Assembly (NCBI GenBank): GCA_013265495.1 | Contig: MU061579.1 | Location: 1,547,319-1,611,318 of the forward strand | Length of the DNA stretch: 64,000 nt | Source of the DNA: Vicugna vicugna | Lineage: Eukaryota | Reading direction: 5' to 3' | In this document: one piece after another, positions 1 to 15,289 of the stretch | How positions within the stretch are numbered: position 1 is the first letter of the stretch | Layout of the letters: every line of letters starts with the position of its first letter | Notes under the pieces: model-generated | Seen by the model: only the letters and a program-made list of their open reading frames with translations | Databases searched by the model: none | Told to the model about the DNA's origin: nothing | Position numbers and translations under genes: made by a program

Positions 1-170
1 TACTGACAATTTTCCAAGTTGACTGCACATATTTATGTTATTTCTAGCAATGGACATATTTTCATAAAGTTAATATCCATTTCTTTTTTTGTTTTTGCAT
101 ACCTGATTAAAAACCAGTATCTCATTGTTATTTTAATTTACTTTTTTCTGTTTAATTGTGAAGTTTATTT
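1..170 (-). mobile_element. Old L1 (L1M-type) 3' region fragment
   Basis: Degenerate match to antisense L1 motifs, e.g. tttccaagttgactgcac and ctcattgttattttaatttac. Confidence 0.55.
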
Positions 171-239
171 TTATAAATAAAAATGGGGTTATTTTTATCA
201 TGTATGAAAAACGTAAAGAAAATTAACTTTTCATTTTGT

Positions 240-731
240 AGTAACTTTGCATCAATGGTCCCATATGTCACTTTTCTCTGAATCTAAACCCTTTGCGATG
301 TTTTCCCACCATGCATGGGAAGCAACTCCCATCTGTAAATTCAGTCATGAGTTGTCTAACTGAGTGACCACAGTATTGATGCTGCCAGTTCTAAGCCTGG
401 ATTTCAGGAGGCCCAGTGTATTCTGTTCGCCTTTTTTCAGCTTCTACCATTTTCACTGGAAAGGTTCTGAGGCTGACCTGCAAGTCAGAGAAATAGGATG
501 AAAGACATATGGACCATCGCTTCCCCAGCTAAGCTACTCTGGCCAAACCAACCTTGAGTGAAGCCTCCAGCCCATCTGCAAATGCTTGAGCCAGATTACC
601 CAGAAGCCTAAGGGAGCCCTGATGAGATCTGCAAATCCAAGACCTCCTCACTCATGAGATGTAATAATAAATGTTTAAGCCACTGGGATGTGAGATGTTT
701 GTTTGTCAACAGTGGCTGTAGGTTACATACA
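240..731 (+). mobile_element. MaLR LTR (MLT1H/I/J-like), old solo LTR
   Basis: MLT1-type motifs gccagttctaagcctgg and aataaatgtttaagccactg; ends in ...ataca. Confidence 0.7.
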
Positions 732-1024
732 TCATATGTCCGCAAAGGTTATTTGTTCTAGGAGACAAAAAAAAAATCAATTTTAATGATTCAGAGATAT
801 TTTCATTCAAATAGTAACATGCTTTAAATAATTTATATATTACCTTTTTTCCCCCTGAACAAACTTTGCGTAGTTAATTTTCTCTTAGATATAGAATACT
901 TAGCAGTTATAATATAATATATACTTAAGTACATATTTTTCTTTAATTTTATAAGAATAAGCTAAGATCGGAAATGTCAATTGTCAAAGGGTGATAAAGT
1001 ATTGAATGGGACTTTCAAACATAG

Positions 1025-1043
1025 ACACACACACACACACACA
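1025..1043. repeat. (CA)n microsatellite
   Basis: Direct reading. Confidence 0.95.
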
Positions 1044-4000
1044 GACTTAATTTCATGAAACAAGGCAAGTGGTGAAATAAAAGCTGTTTTAATCCTTAAG
1101 GATTTTCATGGTGTGAATGAGAACAAACTTGATTTTTTTTTCACACCTGCATTGTAGTCATGGGGCATTAACATGCATAGAATTTGAAGAATTAGAAGAA
1201 AATAATTTTGAAAGGAGCACATCTTTGAAATAAATCTCCATGATTTCATCTATGGAAGCAGTTTCTTTTCTCTCTTTCTCTCGCTTTAACTACATTAACC
1301 TCAATTTATTTTTTGTGTGCTCTCAGCTTTTTAAAAAAAAATCAAATAATAGCAATTTGATAGTGTTTGTAATTTAACCAATAAAAATATTAACATAACC
1401 AATTCTCTTCAGCACATGTGAAATAAGAAAATAGTGCTTATTATTTAAATATGTTAGAACTTTACCATCTGGAATTTCAACATTATGAAAATGACTAACC
1501 AAATTCCCTTCATTCTTTGCAGAAATTTACAGTAATAAGATCATATACTAACATTTTTACAACTTACAATTTTCTTGAGATTTTGAATGGATAAATAATT
1601 GAGAGGACCTATGCTACTTGTGACTTAATTTTTAAGAATTTAAGATAAGTTAAAAAAAGTAATATGGTAATATGGAAATTCAACTTTTATCCACTTATCC
1701 TCCATAATTTATAAAAATTCTTAATTCTATCTCTTTTCTTCTGCTTCTATCATTAAAATCATTGTTTTTTAAAATAGTTTTTATATCCAAGGTCTGCCAC
1801 TTCTTATTTCTAAATCATTCACATTGCTTATGTCATAATTAGAATAAAACAACATAAATCTCCCTGTCGAAGCTTTGTAGAAGTAGTTAATAGGGTTCAC
1901 TACTTTTTTGTTGTTGTGTATCTCATATATCATACGCATTGTGTTCAGAATTGGAGTTTTATCATTTACTATTTGTTTGTTTTGTAGTGGCTAATGAACA
2001 GGAACTATAATAGGATTTAATAATTGGTTATTCAGCTAATAAAATGACCTGGATCAATGCAAATCATGATATCCAAATCTTATACATAGCAATGAAATAT
2101 AAAACTATATTAGCAACTTCAAAAAATAGCTAAAATGTAATTATTTAAATCTCTGTGGCAAATGCATCATTTTTTGGTAATTGAAGAATTAGTAATTACA
2201 GATTTATTAAATATCATTAAATTAGCAAACAACCAAATGTTAGAAAATATAATTTAAGCCCAGGTACTTTACAAAATTACAGATTGTGAATTAACATCCA
2301 ATACATACATTTTGTTTTCTTACCTTCAGCATGTCACACTCTCCTGGAAATCTATCCAAAAATGCCATCTCTTGTTAAGATGGATGTTTAAAGAAAAAAA
2401 AGTGGATAAACATTAACTAAGTATTGTTCTTTACTTTTCCAGTAGGGCCATGATAACAAATCAACTATCATGACTAGAAAGCAACACATTAAGTTACGAA
2501 TAAGTAACAACCTAGTTATCCATCTGGGTATTGAATATCGTAATGATGAATATCATGAAGACTTACGTTAATGCTAATCACCCATTCTCTCAACAAACAC
2601 CTTCTTTACTGTCTGCTCTGCACAAGGCATAGTGATTGATCTTTTCCTTTTTTGCGCTTAATTAGCTTTAGTATATGAAAGTACTCAATCTTCATAGAAA
2701 CTATATTTTGAATGCACTATATTTTTGAAACAAGATAAAATTTAGATTATAAAATACTTATTACATTATTTAATAATGAGTCAGTTTGCTTTCTTGAAAA
2801 TTAAGCATTATCACATGTGATAGTTATGTATAAAGTCTCTGGCTTAAGCCAATAGAGGGTGGTATTTTATTCATTCTATCAGTATTATTTCCATAATTTT
2901 AAGAACTTCTTAAATTTATTGTATATACATTTCAGTGTTTCATTGTAATGTTTTTGAAAGTACAATGTACATTTTTAGTAAGTATATTACTTTTCTACTA
3001 AGGTCTCATATAATGGGAAAGATGTCCTACCGTGATGTAACAAAGGTTATAATTAGAACAACTATTTTATAAATCATTTAAAAGCATTTTGTTAAAACAT
3101 AAAAAGAAAGTATTTTAAAGACAGGAAGTTCTCCTGTTAAAATGTTCATAGATAGTATCACCTTAAACCTCAGTTTATTGATGAGCTCTAATGACTTGCT
3201 GAAATTTTATGTTCCCCATATGTATCATTATCTTATAAAGTTATTATTTTCAAAGTTCATAATTTAGTTATCTAACCTGACGTGTTTCATTTATTTATAC
3301 TCAGTGAGATGTATTATGTAAAAACACTGTGCTGAGTAGATTTTTAAGTTACTTAAACATACGTAAAAATGGCTTTTGCTTTTAATATGTTCAAAGACTA
3401 GTAACAACCATATATACATATCAGGCTGTATATATATCAGACAAATAATATATAGATATAAAATTAGTGAAACTGTTTTTTATTGTCCTTAGAAATTTTC
3501 ATAGTGAAAAATTTTGTCTTTTTAACTAATGAATACTCAGTATTGAATATCTTCAACAATGAATTATTCCAGTTGAGGGTAATTTTATCTAAACCCATAT
3601 GATATCTGAATCAGATATATCTGTCTAGATGCCACATACCAGTGTTTTACAATTTCACTATGTTGATCATGGCCTAAAGTGAAACAAAGCCATTAAAAAT
3701 CTGTTTCTATTATCTGAAGACAGTTTAAAGGTCCTTGAGAAAATTGAGTAGAGTGTTCTGAATATAAATTTAAGCTACACACTCTTCCTAAATTTCTTAT
3801 TTCAAAATGACCCTAAGCAATGACTTCCAGTCAGAAAGAAAAAAAAAAAGTCTTCTCTTCACACAGCCATTTAATTAAAAAAATGTCACAAGTACCTAAA
3901 TGAATAGTTAAAAATGAACATTTTGGATATCTTTGTAATACTTCAAAATCTACAATTGAAAAAATTTGAACCAGTTAATTCTATTACATGTATCCAACCA

Positions 4001-4344
4001 AATCTTACATTAAAATAAGAAAAACATATTGCCCACATATTTAAGGAAGTCTATGTTCTTTGTCATTGTTTGTATCTTTAATTTAACATATTACATTGAC
4101 TAGAAATGTAAAATAAAGGATATTTTATTAGAAGTGAAAAGTGATAAATAGAAATAAATGGATTTCCATTTTTGAAGATGATGTAAAGTGAAGCTGTCAA
4201 ATAATCAAAAATCAAAAATCAAAGTGGATACTTAATCTTCAAATATAAAAACAAATATATAAACCATGAATAAAGAACTGAGGTTATTGTATATGAAAGT
4301 TTTCAAATTGTGGATTGGGGTCTTTGACATAGATAAGGCTTCAC

Positions 4345-4640
4345 TTACCTTATAACAGTCACTAGCCATGTGTGAATACTGAACGTTTAGAATGTGGCTG
4401 GTCTGAATTGAGATGCATTTTAAATATAAAATATATACTTGAATTTCAAACAATTATGCAGAAAATGTAAATATATTATTCATAACTCCATACTGATTAT
4501 ATATTTAATCAATGATTTAATTATATTTTTCTTAAACTGTTATTAAATTAATTTAACTTTTTTTTACTTTTAACAATGTGGCTACCAGAAAATTTAAAAT
4601 TGCATATGTAGTTCACAGTGTATTCCACAGGATAGTGCTG
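4345..4640. mobile_element. MER33-like hAT-Charlie non-autonomous DNA transposon
   Basis: cactagccatgtg, aatgtggctggtctgaattgagatg and aatgtggctaccagaaaatttaaaattgcatatgt; ends ggatagtgctg. Confidence 0.8.
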
Positions 4641-4778
4641 TTCAAAATGTTACTTATTGATCAGTTTATATGAAACCTTATAGAAATTTCCTTTCAATAT
4701 ATGTAAAATCAAGAATGCGAGATTGTATTGTTGTAGTATATAATAAAGCATACTGTAATGTAAGAGCAAGTAATCAAC

Positions 4779-5488
4779 ATGGAGAGTTCTTAAGAAACTA
4801 AAAATAGACTTACCATATGATCTAGCAATCCCACATCTGGGCATATAGCCAGAGGAAACTCTAATTCAAAAAGATACATGCACCCCAATGTTCATAGCAG
4901 CACTATTTACAATACAAAGACATGGAAGTGATCTAAATGTCCATCGACAGATGACTGGATAAAGAAGTTGTGGTATATTTATGCAATGGAATACTACTCA
5001 GCCATAAAAAAGAATAAAATAATGCTATTTGCAGCAACATGGATGCACCTGGAGAATGTCATTCTAAGTGAAGTAAGCCAGAAAAAGAAAGAAAAATACC
5101 ATATCACTTACACTTGGTATCTTAAAAAAAAAAGACACAAATGAACTTACAAAACAGAAACAGACCCACAAACATGGAAAACAAACTTATGGTTACCAGG
5201 AGTAAGGGAGAGTGTGGAGGGATAACCTGGGGGTTCAGGATTTGCAGATACTAACTACTATTATAAAATAGATAAACAATGAGATTCTACTGTATAGCAC
5301 AGGGAACTTTATTCAATATCTTTTAATAACCCATAATGAAAAAGAATATGGAAAAGAATATATATATGTATTTTATATATATGTATATATTCATATATAG
5401 TTTCAGATAACTGAAACATTATGCTTTACACTAGAAAGTAACACAACATTGTAAACTATCTATACTTCAAGAAAAAAAAATGTTTTAA
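4779..5488 (+). mobile_element. Young 5'-truncated L1 (ORF2 C-terminus, 3' UTR, A-tail)
   Basis: [16 protein letters not shown] ORF2 end and A-rich tail; diverged TSD aagagcaagtaatcaac (4762-4778) / aagatcatgtaatcatc (5489-5505), 14/17 identical. Confidence 0.95.
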
Positions 5489-7824
5489 AAGATCATGTAA
5501 TCATCACTGAAAGAAAAGAAAGACTCAAAGCCAAACAATATAATGATCTTAGGCATTTCTTGAAGCCAAATTCAGGTACTTAAGTATATTTATAAAATGA
5601 GAGAAATAAGATTGTCCTATGAGAGATTTATGAAATCAACTATTCATTAATATGAGCTCAAATGTGTAGAATCACCTCAAAGAGACAAAATGGTTACCAG
5701 GACACCAAAAATGTTTGTAACCAGAATATAGGTACAAAATGCTAAAGAAAGACCAGGCTGATAAGAAGGTTGTAGACTGACAATGTAATACACAGAGAGC
5801 AAAGGACAGAGGCAAACATTGGGAATACTTATCTTGACCTCGTGCAGGGAAGTGTTTGGCACTTTAGGACAAAGTATCCAGTTGTTCTAATGGAAAATTA
5901 TGCCTATGTACATGGACATACCAGATTATCAGAATCTGATGTCTTTAAGTATTCTAATTACACAAAAATGCTTGGTTTATTTCTCATTCATCAAGCATCT
6001 TTTAGGTAATTTCTATTCCCAGTTAACTTGTCTATGACTAATAATGTGGTAGTTTTATATTTAGTTCATTGAACAGTGGTGTTGTTTCTCATTTTTAATG
6101 GATTTCTATTTTAGCTTGATCCATTGGTTTCTTTTTTTATTTTCAGCTTTATTGAGGTATACTATTTGGCTCCTTTACAAAAGAAAATTGTGTAGCTGAG
6201 AGCCGTTAAATCTGAGGACCTGATAAACAGGAATACCTGGTTTTGAAAGTTCATTATTAGAGCCAGGATTTGAAAAAATATGTGCCTGGGTGGTCAGTAG
6301 ATGCTCCCAGGCAGCATTCTCCAACTATAATGCTGAGTGCACCTCTTATTTGATGTTTTCAAAATACACAGAGTTTATAGTTTAATAGTACCCACATTAA
6401 TATATTCTTGTGATAGGTGATGCAATGGATACAAGTGTGTGTGCATATGTGTGAACATGAAGGAGAGGGAAAAACTCTTTCTATGATTAATTTCTCTGTG
6501 GTACTATAATTGAAGCCATAAAAACATGATGCTGGGAAGCTTTGGAATTAAGAACAGAAATGTTCCTCGTATCACACATTCTCATTAGAAGCAAGGACAT
6601 ATTTTTGAGACAAAGATATGTTGACACTAAGGCATGACCATTGTTATTATTTACCTAATTTATAATTATTTGTACAACTTATCTAACATTAAATAAAATT
6701 ATCTCAACCTTCCTATATTATCCCAAGAGCCCAAGTATAAAAAGAAGATAAATGGAGACAAAAATCTGTCATTGATAAAATACCAAGAGGAAAGATTCTG
6801 TTGCTTTCAGAACTATGATATAGTAAACTGTATTTTCTGCCATTGTTACTTAACATCAGTGCAATCATGATATTTCAGCTGTTTTCCAGTACCTTGTACA
6901 TCAGCTTGTGAAAATAATAGTCGCTCCTGAGACTCAGTTGTAGGAAATTTTATGTCACGGAAGGTTGTTGCAGAGGGAGCCAAGATTCTAAGAAGCAGTA
7001 AAATTTTAGCTGACTTTTAGAGTGACTGCTTAGAAGGAAAAAGTTAAACAGTGATCGATGAGGAGTGTGAGATCCTAGGGGGATAAACATCTAACCAAAA
7101 AGGAACACAGAAATGGTTACTTTCAAATTCCTCATTTTAGGAGAAAAGATCCTGGAATGAATAATTTTATTATCTACATGCTTAATTTTCTTGTGTGAAT
7201 AAATTTAGCAGATTATCAGGATTTGAACAGGACTCAGAATGATACTGATATTTTTCCAAGATGTTTATTATAGCTCCACCTTGAAGCATTTGAGATAATG
7301 GTTTCAGCTCTTTTGAGTGTATTTATGAATTTCCTATTTCCAGTGACTATAAAATGTAATTGAAAGACTTGTTTAAATGCCACTTCCAAATGGAGCATGA
7401 CAATATCACAGCACTACCTTATTTCGCTTTTGTTATTTCTCTCCCACTGGGAATTACTCATTTAATATACATGTTGTTTGAGAAACTGGTAAGCTTCATG
7501 AGTCCATGAGGGCAGGAAGGATAGTTGTTTGGTCTTATTTCTGAGCTCAAAGTGGCTGGCAGGACTATTTCTTGATTAATAATTGACTAATACCCAGTTG
7601 ATAATTTGGGTAATGTTTTGCCAAAAGTGTGAGGATATCAAGGTTTCATTTTTATTACAATGCAAGACAATTCACTATACACGTGTACAATATTCTCAAT
7701 CAAACCTATCCTGGTATAGCACCCGGAAGGACTCACCTACACGCCCACCATGGTTTGCGTAGACTTTTCTTAGTGAACACCATTCTTCCTTGGATTATCA
7801 GTGGTTAAGGACATATTTTATTTT

Positions 7825-8000
7825 AGGGATTGCAATCTGAATGCCCACAGGGAAAAAACAAGTGTTATAAATAATAAAACCAGACTTGAGTAATGATAGT
7901 CACAGTGTCACACTGGAAAGTCATCTAAAGAAAACAGGGACTACTTAACTCCAGCTAAGTGACAGTTTGAGAATCCATGCTCAGCACTGTCAAGACAATT
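7825..8000. mobile_element. MER103-like hAT DNA transposon relic
   Basis: agggattgcaatctgaatgcccacaggg, ctacttaactccagct and cagcactgtcaaga follow the MER103 motif order. Confidence 0.6.
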
Positions 8001-9509
8001 GTTTCAGCTCATTTAATATTATGGAAGTTCCAAAAGTCATTATAAATATTTTACTTTTTTTTCAACATTATCTACATAGTATTAGGACAGCAAATGGACC
8101 ATAGCAAGCATTGCATTCATCTGTTTGGATTAGTTATAGCATGCAGTAAAAATAATATATTTTAAAAGATAAAATTGATCAAATTAAATAAATATGTATT
8201 TATTTGTTAGTTTACTAATGCTTCTCTATACAAGATATTAGGTTATACTCATCATATAAATGTCAAAATAGTCTACTCTGAGAATAGTATCAGAAGTGTG
8301 CATGCTGTAACGTACATCCAGTTATATATTCAGTGAAGATTATTTCAAGATGTACTCCCATTTCCTCTTAAAATGTTATAGCATAAAATTCAGATAATAC
8401 AAGAGAATTTTACCTCCTCTACCCAGTCAAAGAGCCATTTCAAATACTGCAACCTAATAGTAATACTGAAAAAGTTGTTTTAATTCTAGAATTCATTAAA
8501 CTGTAGGTGAGGTACTCAAAAGCAAGTATGACATCTTATTTAGTCTCTCATTTTCTAGCGCTAAACCCTATGTTTGTAGCCTATTAGTATGTCAAATGAT
8601 GTCAATTAGTTAAAGAATAGTTAACAATTAAAAACAACTTTTCTAAAAACAAACCATATGCAGTTAATTTACTAACAATAACCTTAAATATAAGTTTCTG
8701 AGGTATTACAAAATAAATTCATATAGGTAAATGTGACCACCTTTCTCTTAGAAATACTTGGCTGAAACCCTCCAATAAGAGAATCCGGGATAGTTTTCCT
8801 TTTTAGACTCTGACCCATAACACACTCTCCTTTGCCCCGATTCCATATTTCCTTTCTCACCTAAGCCTCAGCCTTGCACTGGTCAGATCATGTCTCTTGG
8901 ACACATGCTAACTGAGAGTGCTCCCTTTTGGTACTCACCTTTCTAAATTACACCACTTAAAGTAGTTATTCAGTTCTAATAATAAAATTACATGTGTGAC
9001 ATCTCATACATTTCTTCGTGTTCCTTGTTAACCAATACACACACATTCTCTTTGTCGAAAGTCCATTCTAATGACAGTATGCTCGCTCCCAGGACGCTGT
9101 GATAGGTAACAAAAAAAATCACCTTCGAAAACACTGGACTCCTAATCTTATATTTCATGCTCCCTTCTGCTGATTCTGAGTTCTCAGCTTGGCTCCCCAG
9201 CCTCCCTCCCTGTCCAGGGTTGGGTAATAGGTAACACTCCTTAAGTTCCTGGGTCACCTTGGATGAATGAAAAAACATTGTTATCTTTTTGCACTTCAAA
9301 CCTCTCATATCAACTACATAGTCCCTTAAAAATACATACAATATAATTAATTGACAATTCTTATTTACAAAAAAATGGGTAAAATAATGAAAACCTCTTT
9401 ATTCTTCAGATGAAATAGGTAAAACAAACACATACACATGCACACAAACTCACAGAGCTATGATTAGTTTAATTCCAAACCCAAATAGCATTTGGACCAT
9501 TCCTTCTAA

Positions 9510-9547
<38 letters not shown>

Positions 9548-9554
9548 ATATATA
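9510..9554. repeat. (TA)n microsatellite
   Basis: Direct reading. Confidence 0.95.
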
Positions 9555-10559
9555 AATAATTTTTGAAACATTTGGTGATTTATGGGGTCACTAGAACCCA
9601 ATATTTAAAATTGGGACTGCAATGAGAGAATAGATTGTAAATTTGTCATATGAGTAATTTGGAAACATTTGTTTATTTACTCTACACAATCAGTAATATA
9701 ACGTGTAATAGGTATAAATAAGCATACTCTTTTTCAAAACTTTTAATATATACTTTCCTTATGCCTCTTATTTTGACATGCACTGTCACTTGAAAATAGA
9801 AAACTAAATACTCTTGAAGAGGGACAAATCTTGTTACTTATTTACTACCTCATTATTTTACATTTCAGAAAAGAGAACCCATCTGAATTTCACTGTGACT
9901 AATTTAATTAGACCAACACTGTAATTCTCAGTGTACATTCTACAATGTGTCTTTATTGTATTATATATTTTGGTCCTCTTGTCAGACAGAAATAAAAGGG
10001 AAATCTACATGCCTTGTACTTTTAAATTCTACTCTATCCTTTTGTCTATTTTCTTATTTTAGATTACGTGTAACTTGGCTTCTCCCTCAACCTTCCATTT
10101 TCCTAAACTACACAATGAAAACTTGATCCTTATCAAAATCACAGTTTATAACATGATTATATAGTGATAAAACATCTCTATTTTGTCATATTAAGGAAGA
10201 AAAAAGGCAATATACATTGATAAAAACTAGTCAAAAGGAATTAACCTCTGCTTTAATGTGCATGCTGTATAACAAAACAGCTCTGGAAAAATTTTTTTCT
10301 CCTGTACAATTTTTAATTTTATTTCCCACCACATATTCCATTCTTCTTTTCTGCAAGATCATTATTTTGCTTACATTATTTACTGATCATCATTTTACCT
10401 ATATTGCTTTCAATTGGATAAACTAATATAAAATTGGGATATTTTCACTCCATCATATAAACTAAATGTGTTTGAAAAAATACTTGTCTCCCATCACTGA
10501 ACTCATTCACCCAGTTCACCCCATGACTTACAGTAGAAAAGAATAAACACTGTTTATAA

Positions 10560-13075
10560 CTTTGTGTAATTTGAATTAAATTTTAATGCTCTTCTAAAAG
10601 ATGTTTTAAAATGTACACAATCCAATACAAAGATACATTTACCTTCTAACTCCTTGGATTTATACAGAGAGAGGATGCTACTATACACATTGTTCTAAAC
10701 TTCGATTTTTGCATTTAGCAATTTATCTTGGCAACCTTCCCATTACAGCACATAAGTGCTTATTCTTCTTTTTCTTAATCTTTATAGTATTCCATTATAG
10801 AGATTTACCATGATTTATTTATACAATTCTCTGTTGATGGACGTTTGTGTTTCTTCCAATAATTTCCAATAAGATAGACAATGATGCATTGAGAAAATTG
10901 TATAAACAGTATTTTAAATATGTTCAATTATATATGTTATGAAATTTCCAGAATTTTAATTGTGAGACACAATAGTTTGTGAATTTTTAGTTTAATAGAT
11001 ACGCCCAAATTGCTCTCCATATAGGAGACATGGTCCCATCAGTCATAAATGAGTAGACCTGTTAGTACAGAGTTTAATCAGATATTTATCTGTTTGCCAA
11101 TCTGATAGGTTGAAATGTGCTTTTTTAATATTCTTTTTATTTTAAAGTGATGGTGAGTATATTTTCATATACTTGAGAATCTCTATGATGTGCCTTTTAA
11201 TATCCTTGGCCAATTTTTCTACTGAGCTATTTTATTTAATTTGTAGGAGCTATTTATGTATTGGGAGAGTTAGTTTTTATTATATAAATATTTAAATATT
11301 TCTCAGTTTGTAATTTTACCTTTAAATTTTGCTTATGGTATTTTGTGTCCTTCCCATTGTCTTTAAACTGTAGGTAGTTGAATAGATATCAGCTTCTCCA
11401 TTGTATCTTATGAATTTTGAAGGTTAGAAAGACTTTCAACATTCTGATATTGTAAAATAATAATAACATATCATTTTAAAATATTTTGTTGTTTTTTATC
11501 TTTAATCTTTGTAACATTTGAAAATCACATTAATGTGATATTTGGGTTATGAATCCAATTAGATTTCATTTCCAGAAAGTTACTGAATTAAAAAAAATAT
11601 ATTGAATACTCGTCTTTCTCTCACTGAACTGAGATGTCATTACTAGCATATATTTAATATTTATGACTATTTTTATGTCTATAAATCAATTATTCATTTG
11701 CCTGGCATATGCCAATATTTTATTATTGTAATTACTAAAACTTGAAGATGCACTTTGCTTCTGGTAGAACAAGTCTTCCGAATTATTCTTATTAAGTTTT
11801 TTGGCTTTTTGCAGCATGTTTTCTTAGGGTGTTGATTCCCATATCCAATGTCTCACGTCAAAGTTGGTTTCCTGCATTTCTGAGATCATCAGCAAGTTTC
11901 TTAATCAGTTTTATCAGCTAAAAAAAAATGAGAAAATAATACTACTTACCTTACAAGATGATGTTTATATTTAAGGGACTCAAATAATGTCAGGTAAACA
12001 CCACTTAACTGATAGCTCTATGATTATCGATTATTCCACAGGAATTATGCTATTACTTGTTCAGTTAAAATGTTACTATATTAAAGGGATCATATTAATG
12101 AGATAGATATGCAGATCGAATTAAGGGACAGTGATATTTTTATGATATTAAATAGTACTACACAGGAACTTAATATTTGCTTCACTTTATTCAAATATGT
12201 CCTTGGTTTGTCCAGAACATATATCCTCTAAATATGGAGCCAACGTACTTCCAAATAAGTTTACTCTAAAGCAATTTATATTTTGGGGGGTTCTTAATTC
12301 AAGCAAGATTTTTTCTCCCATTGTCTCTTCTGATTGGTTAGTGTTTTGAAATACAAAATTATGAGATTTTGCATATTAATTTTTGTGCCCTTGCAGTATA
12401 GCTGTAATCTCTTACTTGAAGTGGGCTTCCAATTTACTCAGTTGGATTTTCCAGGTACAAAACCATAGTATCTGAAAATAGTGATTATTTTACTTTCTTC
12501 CCATTGTTTACTTTTAATGGATTTCTTCTCTTCTACTGCCTTGATTAGGATGTCTTAGTTTAAATGCAAATAAAAGAAATTATAGGGGCTTTCATGTTCC
12601 TCTTTCCCAGCTTTAGTGGAGACTTTTCTAGGATTTCTCAATTGAACATAATTCTGGCTTATGCTAAAATAACTATATTTGATTTTCCTAAGTTAAGTGA
12701 AGTTTGAATTTTAAAAGTGCCACTCTCAGCAACTATGGTAATTATCATGTTTTCATCATCTACATCTAATAATTTAAGGGACATTGTAAATTTTATCAAT
12801 AGATTTCCTCATTTTGAAATATCAGTCCAACAAGCTTAATGGTTGTGTGCTTTTAATTGATTCTGTTTGCTAATATTTTACTTTAAATCCTGCACTATTA
12901 TTAATAAGTGACATCTCCCAAAAGTTTTGTGTTGATTCAAAATTTTTAAATTTTGTGTAAGTTTAAAATAGTATTAATTAATGTTTCATATTTTTTTTTC
13001 AGGTACTTCAAATAGAGTTAGGATGATTTTCTGTTAAATTGTGGTATAATTCTTCTATAAAGTCATCTGGGCCAG
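10560..13075 (-). mobile_element. Ancient L1 (L1ME-like) 3' end plus ORF2 relic, with a MIR fragment embedded at about 11900-12000
   Basis: Antisense L1 motifs such as ttctctgttgatggacgtttg, ttttccaggtacaaaaccatagtatctgaaaatagtga and ataaagtcatctgggcc; MIR core aaaatgagaaaataatactacttaccttacaag. Confidence 0.7.
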
Positions 13076-13879
13076 ACACTAAAAAGCATTAAAAAACTAT
13101 TAAAATGGAAAATGTGACTTAAAATGAAATAGTTAACCTCAACCTTCCAATATATGCATATCTATAGTTGGTTTTATTTTTTCTTTCATTTTTTTCCCTG
13201 TGATGTTCTTGCCAAGGAAGTTTTATCTCATCTGTTTCTTCATATTTTAATTTGAGCCATTCCATTTGTATTTGAGGATTGTTTTTGTAGATGATGTACT
13301 ACTTATTTATTTTTTTAGATAATTCTAGAAACTGGATTTTCTTGAACTTGCTCCTTACAGCTTTCTAGTGGGAAAAACTCAAGGAAAGACCAGAGTAGTG
13401 CTTTCAGAAAAGAAACAAACAAAAACTTTATTGTCTTAGGTAACTCAGAGACACCAGGTTTTAAAGAACAGAGGAAGACGTATCACATGTGCACAAATCA
13501 CATCATATAACTACAGCGGCAATGAACGTTGAGAAACATTTTCACCTTTGCTTTTCTGTAACAAACCACATGCAGAGGTGCTTTTGCCACCAACTCAGGT
13601 CACCTTGGTTTCCAAGCTTGTTGTTACAAATAAGGACTACAGTTGTTTCTTGTTGTTGTTATTGGTTGTTTTTCACTTTGAGTTTACTTTGAACTAAACT
13701 TCAATATTTTATTTTCACTTGCACTTAAATCACAGGGAAATTCCCCTGTATACTATCTATCATATTTAAATGTGTATTTAATTCTGTGATTATTACTTGA
13801 TAAATGACTTCTACATCAGGTTTTAAACTTTATGAGAAAAGAAAAAAGCAATCTATGTAACTTACGGACATCAGGGTGG

Positions 13880-14240
13880 GGGCAATGTTTAGAGATGACC
13901 CAATATGGGGAGTTAAGGAAGGCTTCACTAAGAAACAGTGTTTGACAAATGACAAGTTTCATGCTGCTTGTGCAGAAAATTCTAGAAAGAGTTACAATCA
14001 GATGGGAATGGGAAGGAAGACATATTTGAGGACTGGAAGAAAGTGAAACTTGTAGCAAAAAGATCAAGAAATGAGACTTTAGAGGCAAACAAGCATTAGG
14101 TAATTAAGACTTTGTGTATTAAATTTTATATTTTCCCAAGTGTAACAGGTAAGTTTTTGGACTGTTCCAAGTAAGTGGTGTATGTTTTTTTAAATTGCCT
14201 TCTGGATAAAGGTAATTAGAAGGAGCACAAGAATCCCTGG
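13880..14240 (-). mobile_element. L2 fragment
   Basis: gggagttaaggaaggcttcactaagaa-type antisense L2 motif in purine-rich sequence. Confidence 0.5.
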
Positions 14241-14589
14241 GAGAGAAGTAGGAAGAGGCCACGCACTCAGGGCTCTCAGGGCGCACACCATCCTTCATTT
14301 TTCTAACGATTGCCTGCTGAAATAGATGATGGTGGTCTCCTTAGAATAGACACTTTGTGTTCAATGCCAGCCTATGGTTAGTGCTCAATGAATATTACTT
14401 TGTCTATTGTTGCATTTGTATTCATTTTATTAGTATCTTTCCTTGTCCCCTATTTTCAAGTAAACATCAAGACTTAAATTTTGCCAAATCCATCCCCTTC
14501 AATCCTCGTACACAATTTTACTTCTTGTCCTTGTCATATAGGCATTCTGAGCTGTAGGGTCAGGAGCAAACAATTCTGACTCTAACAAG

Positions 14590-14674
14590 TGCCCCTATCT
14601 CCTAATACCATCACCATGATGGTTAGGATTTTAACATATGAATTTGGGGTGGACACAAACAGTTACTCTATAGC
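14590..14674 (-). mobile_element. MLT1 LTR terminal fragment
   Basis: ctcctaataccatcac...ggttaggattttaacatatgaatttggggtggacacaaaca...ctatagca. Confidence 0.75.
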
Positions 14675-15289
14675 ACTTACCTACTTATTTGGGACAGAAA
14701 AAAAATATAAGTACTTATGTCTCTCAAAAATAGTTCAAATCATGGTAATTCCATTAATCTAATAATTTAGTTTTGTTCTGTTTTTATTATATATTTTGCC
14801 ACTTTTAAACACATAACTGAATGTAATTTTTAATTCATTTAAATTCATTGTTCATTATCTGTTGTTTGTTTCTTTAGTAACTTTAAATTGGGGATTGACA
14901 GAAACTTGGCTAGTGATTTTCAAACTGATCATAAAGATCCTACAATAATTTTATCATCTTTGGCTATAAATGTATAAGGCAATTTGCAATGACATTTTAT
15001 TTTGCTGATTTTTACTGTCACTTCACATAATGAGTTTATTTTAAATCAAGCCCAGGCAGCCTGGATATGATATGATTGAAATGTAACATGTGAATTAAAA
15101 GTCTCTAAATGAATTATGGAAGAATAATTAGACATTAACAAAAAGTGACTGTATGGAAATTGAGAGTCATATCTGGGAGAATTAAAAGCAACATTATTAA
15201 ATATAAAAAGCCTTGAGAAATGGAATATAATTTAACTACCTTTCCAAATATCTGGAATAGAAAATATTATTTTACTCAAAATATATGTA

